A stretch of DNA of 64,000 nt from Eledone cirrhosa (Eukaryota): NCBI GenBank assembly GCA_964016885.1, contig OZ024744.1, forward strand, positions 132,432,001 through 132,496,000. Reading direction: 5' to 3'. The stretch's first letter is position 1; each line of letters opens with the position of its first letter. The position numbers and the translations under genes were made by a program. This document shows, one piece after another, positions 23,650-36,300 of the stretch. The notes below the pieces were generated by a model that saw only the letters and a program-made list of their open reading frames with translations, had not been told where the DNA came from and did not search any database.

Positions 23650-26600
23650 AGTCGGAGTTAAGTTAAGTTGGGGTTAAGTTAAGTTAGGCTTAACTTAAGT
23701 TGGGGTTAAGTTAAGTTGGGGGTAAGTTAAGTTGGGGGTAAGTTAAGTTGGGGTTAAGTTAAGTTGGGGTTAAGATAAGTGGTGGTTATGTTAAGTTGAG
23801 GTTAAGTTAAGTTAGGGTTAAATTAAGTTGGGGTTAAGTTAAGTTGGGTGTAAGTTAAGTTGGGGTTGAGTGAAGTTGGGGTTAAGTTAAGTTGGGGTTA
23901 AGTAGAGTTGGGGTTAAGTTAAGTTGGGGTTAAGTTAAGTTGGTGTTAAGTTGGGGTTAAGTTAAGTTGGGGTTAAGTTGGGGTTAAGTTAAGTGGTGGT
24001 TATGTTAAGTTGAGGTTAAGTTAAGTTAGGGTTAAATTAAGTTGGGGTTAAGTTAAGTTGGGTGTAAGTTAAGTTGGGGTTGAGTGAAGTTGGGGTTAAG
24101 TTAAGTTGGGGTTAAGTAGAGTTGGGGTTAAGTTAAGTTGGGGTTAAGTTAAGTTGGTGTTAAGTTGGGGTTAAGTTAAGTTGGGGTTAAGTTGGGGTTA
24201 AGTTAAGTGGTGGTTATGTTAAGTTGGGGTTAACTTAAGTTGGGGTTAATTTAAATTGGGGTTAAGTTAACTTTGTGGTTAAGTTAAGTTGGGGTTAAGT
24301 TAAGTTGGGGTTAAATTAAGTTGGGGTTGAGTGAAGTTGGGGTTAAGTTAAGTTGGGGTTAAGTTAAGTTGGGGTTAACTTAAGTTGGGTTTAAGTTAAG
24401 TTGCGGTTAAGTTAAGTTGGGGTTAAGTTAAGTTGGGGTTAATTTAAGTCGGGGTTAATTTAAGTTGGGGTTGAGTTAAGTTGGGGTTAATTTAAGTTGA
24501 GGTTATGTTAAGTTGGGGTTAATTTAAGTTGGGGTTAAGTTAAGTTGGGGTTAAGTTAAGTTGGGGTTAATTTAAGTTGGGATTAAGTTCAGTTGGGGTT
24601 AAATTAAGTTGGGGTTAAGTTAAGCTGGGGTTAAATTAAGTTGGGGTTAAGTTAAGTTGGGGTTAAGTTAAGTTGGGGTTAAGTTAAGTTAGGGTTAATT
24701 TAAGTTGGGGTTATGTTAAGTTGGGGTTAAGTTAAGTTGGGGTTAAGTCGAGTTGGGGTTAAGTTAAGTTGGGGTTAGTTAAGTTGAGTTTAAGTTAAGT
24801 TGGGGTTAATTTAAGTTGGGGTTAAGTTAAGTTGGGGTTCAGTTAAGTTGGGGTTAAGTTAAGTTGGTTTAAGTTAAGTTGGGGTTAGGTTAAGTTGGGG
24901 ATAAGTTAAGTTGGGGATAAGGTAAGTTGGGGTTAAGTTAAGTTGGGTTTAAGTTAAGTTGGGGTTAAGTTAAGTTAGGCTTAACTTAAGTTGGGGTTAA
25001 GTTAAGTTGGGGGTAAATTAAGTTGGGGGTTAGTTAAGTTGGGGTTAAGTTAAGTTGGGGTTAAGTTAAGTGGTGGTTATGTTAAGTTGGGGTTAAGTTA
25101 AGTTGGGGTTAAATTAAGTTGGGGTTAAGTTATGTTGGGTGTAAGTTAAGTTGGGGTTGAGTGAAGTTGGGGTTAAGTTAAGTTGGGGTTAAGTTAAGTT
25201 AGGGTTAATTTAAGTTGGGGTTATGTTAAGTTGGGGTTAATTTAAGTTGAGGTTATGTTAAGATGGGGTTAATTTAAGTTGGGGTTAATTTAAGTTGGGG
25301 TTAAGTTAAGTTGGGGTTAAGTTAAGTTGGGGTTAAGTTAAGTTGGTGTTAAGTTGGGGTTAAGTTAAGTTGGGGTTAAGTTAAGTCGGAGTTAAGTTAA
25401 GTTGGGGTTGAGTTAAGTTGGGGTTAATTTAAGTTGAGGTTATGTTAAGTTGGGGTTAATTTAAGTTGGGGTTAATTTAAGTTGGGGTTAAGTTAAGTTG
25501 GGGTTAAGTTGAGGTTAAGTTAAGTTGTGGTTAAGTTAAGTTGGGGCTAAGTTAAGTTGGGGCTAAGTTAAGTTGGGGCTAAGTTAAGTTGGGGTTAAGT
25601 TAAGTTGGGGTTAAGTTAAGTTGGGTTTAATTTAAGTTGGGGTCAACTTAAGTTGGGGTTAAGTTGAGTTGGGGTTAAATTAAGTTGGGGTTAATTTAAG
25701 TTGGGGCTAAGTTAAGTTGGGGCTGAGTTAAGTTGGGGTTAAGTTAAGTTGGGGTTAAGTTAAGTTGGGGTTAAGTTAATTTTGGGTTAAGTTAAGTTGT
25801 GTTTCAGTTAAGTTGGGGTTAAGTTAAGTTTGGGTTAATTTGGGGTTAAATTAAGTTGGGGTTAAGTTAAGTTGGGGTTAAGTTAAGTTGGGGTTAAGTT
25901 AAGTTGGGGTTAATTTAAGTTGGGGTTAAGTTAAGTCGGGGTTAAGTTAAGTCGGTGTTAAGTTAAGTTAGGGTTAAGTTAAGTTGGGGTTAAGTTAAGT
26001 TGGCTTTAAGTTAAGCTGGGGTTAAGTTAAGTTGGGGTTAAATTAAGTTGGGGTTAAGTTAAGTTGGGGTTAGGTTAAGTTTGGGTTAGGTTAAGTTGGG
26101 GTTAAATTAAGTTGGGGTTAAGTTAAGTTGGGGTTAAGTTAAGTTGGGGTTAGGTTAAGTTGGGGATAAGTTAAGTTGGGGATAATTTAAGTTGGGGTTA
26201 AGTTAAGTTGGGTTTAAGTTAAGCTGGGGTTAAGTTAAGTTGGGGTTAAATTAAGTTGGGGTTAAGTTAAGTTGGGGTTAAGTTAAATTTGGGTTAGGTT
26301 AAGTTGGGGATTAGTTAAGTTGGGGATAAGTTAAGTTGGGGTTAAGTTAAGTTGGGTTTAAGTTAAGTTGTGGTTAAGTTAAGTTGGGGTTAAGTTAAGT
26401 TGGGGGTTAAGTTAAGTTGGGGTTAGGTTAAGTTGGGGATAAGTTAAGTTGGGGATAATTTAAGTTGGGGTTAAGTTAAGTTGGGTTTAAGTTAAGCTGG
26501 GGTTAAGTTAAGTTGGGGTTAAATTAAGTTGGGTTTAAGTTAAGTTGGGGTTAAGTTAAGTCGGGGTTAAGTTAAGTTGGGGTTGAGTTAAGTTGGGGTT

Positions 26601-27630
26601 ATTTTAAGTTGAGGTTATGTTAAGTTGGGGTTAATTTAAGTTGGGGTTAAGTTAAGTTGGGGTTAATTTAAGTTGGGGTTAAGTTCAGTTGGGGTTAATT
26701 TAAGTTGGGGTTAAGTTAAGTTGGGTTTAAGTTAAGTTGGGGTTAAGTTAAGTTGGGGTTAAGTTAAGTTGGGTTTAAGTTAAGTTGGGGCTAAGTTAAG
26801 TTGGGTCTAATTTGAGTTGGGGTTAAGTTAAGTTGGGGTTAAGTTAAGTTGAGGTTAAATTAAGTTGGGGTTAATTAAGTTGGGGTTAAGTTAAGTTGGG
26901 GTTAAGTTAAGTTGAGGTTAAGTTAACTTGGGGTTAAGTTAAGTTTGGGTTAAGTTAAGTTGGGGTTGAGGTAAGTTGGGGTTGAGTTAAGTTGGGGTTA
27001 AGTTAAGTTGGGGTTAAGTTAAGTTGGGGTTAAGTTAAGTTGGGGTTAATTTAAGTTCGGGTTAAGTTAAGTTCGGGGTAAGCTAAGTTGGGGTTAAGTT
27101 AAATCGGGTCTAAGTTAAGTGGGAGGTTAAGTTAAGTTGGGGTTGAGTTAAGTTGTGGTTAAGTTAACTTGGGGTTAAGTTAAGTTAAGTTTGAGTTAAG
27201 TTGGGGTTAAGTTGGGGTTAAGTTAAGTTGGGGTTAAGTTACGTTGGGGTTAAGTTAAGTTGGGGTTAAGTTGAGGTTAAGTTAAGTTGTGGTTAAGTTA
27301 AGTTGGGGCTAAGTTAAGTTGGGGCTAAGTTAAGTTGGGGTTAAGTTAAGTTGGGGTTAATTTAAGTTGGGGTTAGGTTAAGTTGGGGATAAGTTAAGTT
27401 GGGGATAAGTTAAGTTGGGGTTAAGTTAAGTTGGGTTTACGTTAAGCTGGGGTTAAGTTAAGTTGGGGTTAAATTAAGTTGGGGTTAAGTTAAGTTTGGG
27501 TTAGGTTAAGTTGGGGATAAGTTAAGTTGGGGATAAGTTAAGTTGGGGTTAAGTTAAGTTGGGTTTAAGTTAAGTTGGGGTTAAGTTAAGTTGGGGTTAA
27601 GTTAAGTTGGGGTTAGGTTAAGTTGGGGTT

Positions 27631-27767
27631 AACCCCAACTTAACTTAACCCCAACTTAACTTAACCCCAACTTAACTTAACCCTAACTTAACTTAACCCC
27701 GACTTAACGTAAGCCCGACTTAACTTAACCCCATCTTAACTTACCCCCAAACTTAACTTAACCCCAA
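27631..27767 (-). repeat. Inverted satellite A cassette (short)
   Basis: GGGGTT|AACCCC start; ccccaa-agtcggag end. Confidence 0.9.
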
Positions 27768-29044
27768 AGTCGGAGTTAAGTTGGGGTTAAGTTAAGTTGG
27801 GGTTAAGTTAAGTGGTGGTTATGTTAAGTTGGGGTTAAGTTAAGTTGGGGTTAAATTAAGTTGGGGTTAAGTTAAGTTGGGTGTAAGTTAAGTTGGGGTT
27901 GAGTGAAGTTGGGGTTAAGTTAAGTTGGGGTTAAGTAGAGTTGGGGTTAAGTTAAGTTGGGGTTAAGTTAAGTTGGTGTTAAGTTGGGGTTAAGTTAAGT
28001 TGGGGTTAAGTTAAGTTGGGGTTGAGTGAAGTTGGGGTTAAGTTAAGTTGGGGTTAAATTAATTTGGGGTTAACTTAAGTTGGGTTTAAGTTAAGTTGCG
28101 GTTAAGTTAAGTTGGGGTTAAGTTAAGTTGGGGTTAAGTTAAGTCGGGGTTAAGTTAAGTTGGGGTTGAGTTAAGTTGGGGTTATTTTAAGTTGAGGTTA
28201 TATTAAGTTGGGGTTAATTTAAGTTGGGGTTAAGTTAAGTTGGGGTTAATTTAAGTTGGGGTTAAGTTCAGTTGGGGTTAATTTAAGTTGGGGTTAAGTT
28301 AAGTTGGGTTTAAGTTAAGTTGGGGTTAAGTTAAGTTGGGGTTAAGTTAAGTTGGGTTTAAGTTAAGTTGGGGCTAAGTTAAGTTGGGTCTAATTTGAGT
28401 TGGGGTTAAGTTAAGTTGGGGTTAAGTTAAGTTGAGGTTAAATTAAGTTGGGGTTAATTAAGTTGGGGTTAAGTTAAGTTGGGGTTAAGTTAAGTTGAGG
28501 TTAAGTTAACTTGGGGTTAAGTTAAGTTGGGGTTAAGTTAAGTTGGGGTTGAGTTAAGTTGGGGTTGAGTTAAGTTGGGGTTAAGTTAAGTTGGGGTTAG
28601 GTTAAGTTGGGGATAAGTTAAGTTGGGGATAAGTTAAGTTGGGGTTAAGTTAAGTTGGGTTTAAGTTAAGTTGGGGTTAAGTTAAGTTGGGGTTAAGTTA
28701 AGTTGGGGTTAAGTTAAGTTGCGGTTAGTTAAGTTGAGTTTAAGTTAAGTTGGGGTTAATTTAAGTTGGGGTTAAGTTAAGTTGGGGTTCAGTTAAGTTG
28801 GGGTTAAGTCAAGTTGGGGTTAAGTTAAGTTGGGGTTAAGTTAAGTTGGGGTTAGGTTAAGTTGGGGATAATTTAAGTTGGGGATAAGCTAAGTTGGGGT
28901 TAAGTTAAGTTGGGTTTAAGTTAAGTTGGGGTTAAGTTAAGTTGGGGTTAAATTAAGTTGGGGTTAAGTTAAGCTGGGGTTAAATTAAGTTGGGGTTATG
29001 TTAAGTTGGGGTTAAGTTAAGTTGGGGTTAGTTTAAGTGGGGTT

Positions 29045-29389
29045 AACCCCAACTTAACTTAACCCCAACTTAACTTAACCCCAACTTCACTCAACCCCAA
29101 CTTAAATTAACCCCAACTTCACTCAACCCCAACTTAACTCAACCCCAACTTAAATTAACCCCAACTTAACTTAACCCTGACTTAACTTAACCCCGACTTA
29201 ACTTAACCCCGACTTAACTTAACCCCAACTTAACTTAAACCCCAACTTAACTTAACCCCAACTTAACTTAACCCCAACTTGACTTAACCCCAACTTAACT
29301 CACACCCAACTTAACTTACCCCCAACTTAACTTAACCACAACTTGACGTAAACCCAACTTAACTTAACCCCAACTTAACTTAACCCCAA
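29045..29389 (-). repeat. Inverted satellite A cassette
   Basis: Same borders; shares the cctgac and ccacaacttgacgtaaaccc variants with 22408-22752. Confidence 0.92.
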
Positions 29390-30048
29390 AGTCGGAGTTC
29401 AGTTAAGTTGGGGTTCAGTTGAGTTAGGCTTAACTTAAGTTGGGGTTAAGTTAAGTTGGGGGTAAGTTAAGTTGGGGGTAAGTTAAGTTGGGGTTAAGTT
29501 AAGTTGGGGTTAAGTTGGGGTTAAGTTAAGTTAGGGTTAAGTTAAGTTGGGGTTGAGTTAAGTTGGGGTTAAGTTAAGTGGTGTTTATGTTAAGTTGGGG
29601 TTAAGTTAAGTTGGGGTTAAATTAAGTGGGGTTAACTTAAGTTGGGTGTAAGTTAAGGTGGGGTTGAGTGAAGTTGGGGTTAAGTTAAGTTGGGGTTAAG
29701 TTAAGTTAGGGTTAATTTAAGTTGGGGTTATGTTAAGTTGGTGTTAAGTTAAGTTGGGTTTAAGTCGAGTTGGGGTTAAGTTAAGTTGGGGTTAAGTTAA
29801 ATTGGTGTTAAGTTAAGTTGGGGTTAAGTTAAGTTGGGGTTAGTTAAGTTGAGTTTAAGTTAAGTTGGGGTTAATTTAAGTTGGGGTTAAGTTAAGTTGG
29901 GGTTCAGTTAAGTTGGGGTTAAGTTAAGTTGGGGTTGAGTTAAGTTGTGGTTAAGTTAAGTTGGGGTTAGGTTAAGTTGGGGTTAAGTTAAGCTGGGGTT
30001 AAATTAAGTTGGGGTTAAGTTAAGTTGGGGTTAGGTTAAGTTGGGGTT

Positions 30049-30345
30049 AACCCCAACTTAACTTAACCCAAACTTAACTTAACCCCAACTTCACTCAACC
30101 CCAACTTAACTTAACCCCAACTTCACTCAACCCCAACTTAACTCAACCCCAACTTAACTTAACCCCAACTTAACTTAACCCTAACTTAACTTAACCCCGA
30201 CTTAAACTTAACCCCGACTTAACTTAACCCCAACTTAACTTAACCCCAACTTAACTTAACCCCAACTTAACTTAATCCCAACTTGACTTAACCCCAACTT
30301 AACTCACACCCAACTTAACTTACCCCCAACTTAACTTAACCCCAA
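30049..30345 (-). repeat. Inverted satellite A cassette
   Basis: Same borders; shares the gacttaaacttaa variant with 23380-23649. Confidence 0.92.
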
Positions 30346-33081
30346 AGTCGGAGTTAAGTTAAGTTGGGGTTAAGTTAAGTTAGGCTTAACTTAAGTTGGG
30401 GTTAAGTTAAGTTGGGGGTAAGTTAAGTTGGGGGTAAGTTAAGTTGGTGTTAAGTTAAGTTGGGGTTAAGATAAGTGGTGGTTATGTTAAGTTGAGGTTA
30501 AGTTAAGTTAGGGTTAAATTAAGTTGGGGTTAAGTTAAGTTGGGTGTAAGTTAAGTTGGGGTTGAGTGAAGTTGGGGTTAAGTTAAGTTGGGGTTAAGTA
30601 GAGTTGGGGTTAAGTAAAGTTGGGGTTAAGTTAAGTTGGTGTTAAGTTGGGGTTAAGTTGGGGTTAAGTTAAGTGGTGGTTATGTTAAGTTGGGGTTAAA
30701 TTAAGTTGGGGTTAATTTAAATTGGGGTTAAGTTAACTTTGTGGTTAAGTTAAGTTGGGGTTAAGTTAAGTTGGGGTTAAATTAAGTTGGGGTTGAGTGA
30801 AGTTGGGGTTAAGTTAAGTTGGGGTTAACTTAAGTTGGGTTTAAGTTAAGTTGCGGTTAAGTTAAGTTGGGGTTAAGTTAAGTTGGGGTTAAGTTAAGTC
30901 GGGGTTAATTTAAGTTGGGGTTGAGTTAAGTTGAGGTTAATTTAAGTTGAGGTTATGTTAAGTTGGGGTTAATTTAAGTTGGGGTTAAGTTAAATTGGGG
31001 TTAAGTTAAGTTGGGGTTAATTTAAGTTGGGATTAAGTTCAGTTGGGGTTAAATTAAGTTGGGGTTAAGTTAAGCTGGGGTTAAATTAAGTTGGGGTTAA
31101 GTTAAGTTGGGGTTAAGTTAAGTTGGGGTTAAGTTAAGCTAGGGTTAATTTAAGTTGGGGTTATGTTAAGTTGGGGTTAAGTTAAGTTGGGGTTAAGTCG
31201 AGTTGGGGTTAAGTTAAGTTGGGGTTAGTTAAGTTGAGTTTAAGTTAAGTTGGGGTTAATTTAAGTTGGGGTTAAGTTAAGTTGGGGTTCAGTTAAGTTG
31301 GGGTTAAGTTAAGTTGGGGTTAAGTTAAGTTGGTTTAAGTTAAGTTGGGGTTAGGTTAAGTTGGGGATAAGTTAAGTTGGGGATAAGCTAAGTTGGGGTT
31401 AAGTTAAGTTGGGTTTAAGTTAAGTTGGGGTTAAGTTAAGTTAGGCTTAACTTAAGTTGGGGTTAAGTTAAGTTGGGGGTAAATTAAGTTGGGGGTAAGT
31501 TAAGTTGGGGTTAAGTTAAGTTGGGGTTAAGTTAAGTGGTGGTTATGTTAAGTTGGGGTTAAGTTAAGTTGGGGTTAAATTAAGTTGGGGTTAAGTTATG
31601 TTGGGTGTAAGTTAAGTTGGGGTTGAGTGAAGTTGGGGTTAAGTTAAGTTGGGGTTAAGTTAAGTTAGGGTTAATTTAAGTTGGGGTTATGTTAAGTTGG
31701 GGTTAAGTTAAGTTGGGGTTAAGTAGAGTTGGGGTTAAGTTAAGTTGGGGTTAAGTTAAGTTGGTGTTAAGTTGGGGTTAAGTTAAGTTGGGGTTAAGTT
31801 AAGTCGGGGTTAAGTTAAGTTGGGGTTGAGTTAAGTTGGGGTTAATTTAAGTTGAGGTTATGTTAAGTTGGGGTTAATTTAAGTTGGGGTTAATTTAAGT
31901 TGGGGTTAAGTTAAGTTGGGGTTAAGTTGAGGTTAAGTTAAGTTGTGGTTAAGTTAAGTTGGGGCTAATTTAAGTTGGGGCTAAGTTAAGTTGGGGCTAA
32001 GTTAAGTTGGGGTTAATTTAAGTTGGGGTTAAGTTAAGTTGGGTTTAATTTAAGTTGGGGTCAACTTAAGTTGGGGTTAATTTGAGTTGGGGTTAAATTA
32101 AGTTGGGGTTAATTTAAATTGGGGCTAAGTTAAGTTGGGGCTGAGTTAAGTTGGGGTTAAGTTAAGTTGGGGTTAAGTTAAGTTGGGGTTAAGTTAATTT
32201 TGGGTTAAGTTAAGTTGTGGTTCAGTTAAGTTGGGGTTAAGTTAAGTTTGGGTTAATTTGGGGTTAAATTAAGTTGGGGTTAAGTTAAGTTGGGGTTAAG
32301 TTAAGTTGGGGTTAAGTTAAGTTGGGGTTAATTTAAGTTGGGGTTAAGTTAAGTCGGGGTTAAGTTAAGTCGGTGTTAAGTTAAGTTAGGGTTAAGTTAA
32401 GTTGGGGTTAAGTTAAGTTGGCTTTAAGTTAAGCTGGGGTTAAGTTAAGTTGGGGTTAAATTAAGTTGGGGTTAAGTTAAGTTGGGGTTAAGTTAAGTTG
32501 GGGTTAGGTTAAGTTGGGGATAAGTTAAGTTGGGGATAATTTAAGTTGGGGTTAAGTTAAGTTGGGTTTAAGTTAAGCTGGGGTTAAGTTAAGTTGGGGT
32601 TAAATTAAGTTGGGGTTAAGTTAAGTTGGGGTTAAGTTAAGTTTGGGTTAGGTTAAGTTGGGGATTAGTTAAGTTGGGGATAAGTTAAGTTGGGGTTAAG
32701 TTAAGTTGGGTTTAAGTTAAGTTGTGGTTAAGTTAAGTTGGGGTTAAGTTAAGTTGGGGGTTAAGTTAAGTTGGGGTTAGTTAAGTTTAGTTTAAGTTAA
32801 GTTGGGGTTAATTTAAGTTGGGGTTAAGTTAAGTTGGGGTTCAGTTAAGTTGGGGATAAGTCAAGTTGGGGTTAAGTTAAGTTGGGGTTAAGTTAAGTTG
32901 GGGTTAGGTTAAGTTGGGGATAAGTTAAGTTGGGGATAAGCTAAGTTGGGGTTAAGTTAAGTTGGGTTTAAGTTAAGTTGGGGTTAAGTTAAGTTGGGGT
33001 TAAATTAAGTTGGAGATAAGTTAAGCTGGGGTTAAATTAAGTTGGGGTTAAGTTAAGTTGGGGTTAGGTTAAGTTGGGGTT

Positions 33082-33346
33082 AACCCCAACTTAACTTAAC
33101 CCCAACTTAACTTAGCCCCAACTTCACTCAACCCCAACTTAACTTAACCCCAACTTAAGTTAACCCCAACTTAACTTAACCCTAACTTAACTTAACCCCG
33201 ACTTAACTTAACCCCGACTTAACTTAACCCCAACTTAACTTAACCCCAACTTAACTTAACCCCAACTTAACTTAATCCCAACTTGACTTAACCCCAACTT
33301 AACTCACACCCAACTTAACTTACTCCCAACTTAACTTAACCCCCAA
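33082..33346 (-). repeat. Inverted satellite A cassette
   Basis: Same borders; shares the cttagcccc, tactccc and atcggagttacg variants with 2167-2430. Confidence 0.92.
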
Positions 33347-36300
33347 ATCGGAGTTACGTTAAGTTGGGGTTAAGTTAAGTTAGGCTTAACTTAAGTTGGG
33401 CTTAAGTTAAGTTGGGGGTAAGTTAAGTTGGGGGTAAGTTAAGTTGGGGTTAATTGAAGTTGGGGTTAAGTTAAGTGGTGGTTATGTTAAGTTGGGGTTA
33501 AGTTAAGTTGGGGTTAAATTAAGTTGGGGTTAAGTTAAGTTGGGTGTAAGTTAAGTTGGGGTTGAGTGAAGTTGGGGTTAAGTTAAGTTGGGGTTAAGTA
33601 GAGTTGGGGTTAAGTTAATTGGGGTTAAGTTAAGTTGGTGTTAAGTTGGGGTTAAGTTAAGTTGGGGTTAAGTTGGGGTTAAGTTAAGTGGTGGTTATGT
33701 TAAGTTGGGGTTAACTTAAGTTGGGGTTAATTTAAATTGGGGTTAAGTTAACTTTGTGGTTAAGTTAAGTTGGGGTTAAGTTAAGTTGGGGTTAAGTTAA
33801 GTTGGGGTTGAGGGAAGTTGGGGTTAAGTTAAGTTGGGGTTAACTTAAGTTGGGTTTAAGTTAAGTTGCGGTTAAGTTAAGTTGGGGTTAAGTTAAGTTG
33901 GGGTTAAGTTAAGTCGGGGTTAAGTTAAGTTGGGGTTGAGTTAAGTTGGGGTTAATTTAAGTTGAGGTTATGTTAAGTTGGGGTTAATTTAAGTTGGGGT
34001 TAAGTTAAGTTGGGGTTAAGTTAAGTTGGGGTTAATTTAAGTTGGGGTTAAGTTCAGTTGGGGTTAATTTAAGTTGGGGTTAAGTTAAGTTGGGTTTAAG
34101 TTAAGTTGGGGTTAAATTAAGTTGGGGTTAAATTAAGTTGGGGTTAAGTTAAGTTGGGGTTAGGTTAAGTTGGGGATAAGTTAAGTTGGGGATAAGCTAA
34201 GTTGGGGTTAAGTTAAGTTGGGTTTAAGTTAAGTTGGGGTTAAGTTAAGTCGGGGTTATGTTAAGTCGGTGTTAAGTTAAGTTAGGGTTAAGTTAAGTTG
34301 GGGTTAAGTTAAGTTGGGGTTGAGTTAAGTTGGGGTTGATTTAAATTGGGGTTGAGTTAATTTGGGGTTAAGTTAAGTTGGGGTTAAGTTAAGTTGGGGT
34401 TGAGTTAAGTTGGGGTTACCTCAAGTTGGGGCTAAGTTAAGTTGGGGCTGAGTTAAGTTGGGTGTACGTTAAGTTGGGGTTGACTGAAGTTGGGGTTAAG
34501 TTAAGTTGGGGTTAAGTTAAGTTAGGGTTAATTTAAGTTGGGGTTATGTTAAGTTGGGGTTAAGTTAAGTTGGGGTTAAGTAGAGTTGGGGTTAATTTAA
34601 GTTGGGGTTAAGTTAAGTTGGTGTTAAGTTGGGGTTAATTTAAGTGGTGGTTATGTTAAGTTGGGGTTAAGTTAAGTTGGGGTTAATTTAAATTGGGGTT
34701 AAGTTAACTTTGTGGTTAAGTTAAGTTGGAGTTAAGTTAAGTTGGAGTTAAGTTAAGTTGGGGTTGAGTGAAGTTGGGGTTAAGTTAAGTTGGGGTTAAC
34801 TTAAGTTGGGTTTGAGTTAAGTTGGGGTTAAGTTAAGTTGGGGTTTAATTAAGTTGGGGTTGAGTTAAGTTGGGGTTGACTTAAGTTGGGCTTAAGTTAA
34901 GTTGGGGTTAAGTTAAGATGTGGTTAAGTTAAGTTGGGGTTAAGTTAAATTGGGGTTAAATTAAGTTGGGGTTAAGTTAAGTTGGGGGTAAGGTAAGTTG
35001 GTGGTAAGTTAAGTTGGGGGTAAGTTAAGATGGGGCTAAGTTAAGTTGGGGTTAAGTTAATTTGGGGTTAAGTTAAGTTTGGGTTAAGTTAAGTTGGGGT
35101 TGACTTAAGTTGGGGTTAAGTTAAGTTGGGGTTATGTTAAGTTGGGTTTAAGTTAAGTTGGGGTTAAGTTAAGTTGGGGTTAAGTTAAGTTGCGGTTAAA
35201 TTAAGTTGGGGTTAAGTTAAGTTGGGGTTAAGTTAAGTTGGGGTTAAGTTAAGTTGGGGTTAATTTAAGTTGGGGTTAAATTAAGTTGGGGTTAATTTAA
35301 GTTGGGGGTTAAGATAAGTTGGGGTTAAGTTAAGTTGGGGTTAAATTAAGTTGGGGTTAAGTTAAGTTGGGGTTAATTTAAGTTGGGGTTAAGTTAAGTT
35401 GGGGTTGAGTTAAGTTGGGGGTAAGTTAAGTTAGGGGTAAGTTAAGTTGGGTGTAAGTTAAGATGGGGTTAAGTTAAGTTGGGGTTAAGTTATTTTGGGG
35501 TTAAGTTAAGTTGGGGGTAAGTTAAGTTGGTGATAAGTTAAGTTGGGGGTAAGTTAAGTTGGGGTTAAGTTAAGTTGGGTTAAGTTGGGGTTAAGTTAAG
35601 TTAGGGTTAAGTTAAGTTGGGGTTGAGTTAAGTTGGGGTTAAGTTAAGAGGTGGTTATGTTCAGTTGGGGTTAAGTTAAGTTGGGGTTAAGTTAAGTTGG
35701 GGTTAAGTTAAGTTGGGGTTAAGATAAGTTGGGGTTAAGTTAAGTTGGGGTTGAGTTAAGTTGGGGTTGAGTTAATTTGGGGTTAAGTTAAGTTGGGGTT
35801 AACTTAATTTGGGTTTAATTTAAGTTGGGGTTAAGTTAAGTTGGGGTTAAATTAAGTTGGGATTAAGTTAAGTTGGGTGTACGTTAAGTTGGGGTTGACT
35901 GAAGTTGGGGTTAAGTTAAGTTGGGGTTAAGTAGAGTTGGGGTTAATTTAAGTTGGGGTTAAGTTAAGTTGGTGTTAAGTTGGGGTTAAGTTAAGTTGGG
36001 GTTAAGTTGGGGTTAAGTTAAGTGGTGGTTATGTTAAGTTGGGGTTAAGTTAAGTTGGGGTTAATTTAAATTGGGGTTAAGTTAACTTTGTGGTTAAGTT
36101 AAGTTGGAGTTAAGTTAAGTTGGGGTTAAGTTAAGTTGGGGTTGAGTGAAGTTGGGGTTAATTTAAGTTGGGGTTCAGTTAAGTTGGGGTTAAGTTAAGT
36201 TGGGGTTGAGTTAAGTTGGGGTTAATTTAAGTTGAGGTTATTTTAAGTTGGGGTTAAGTTAAGTTGGGGTTAAGTTAAGTTGGGGTTAAGTTAAGTTGGG

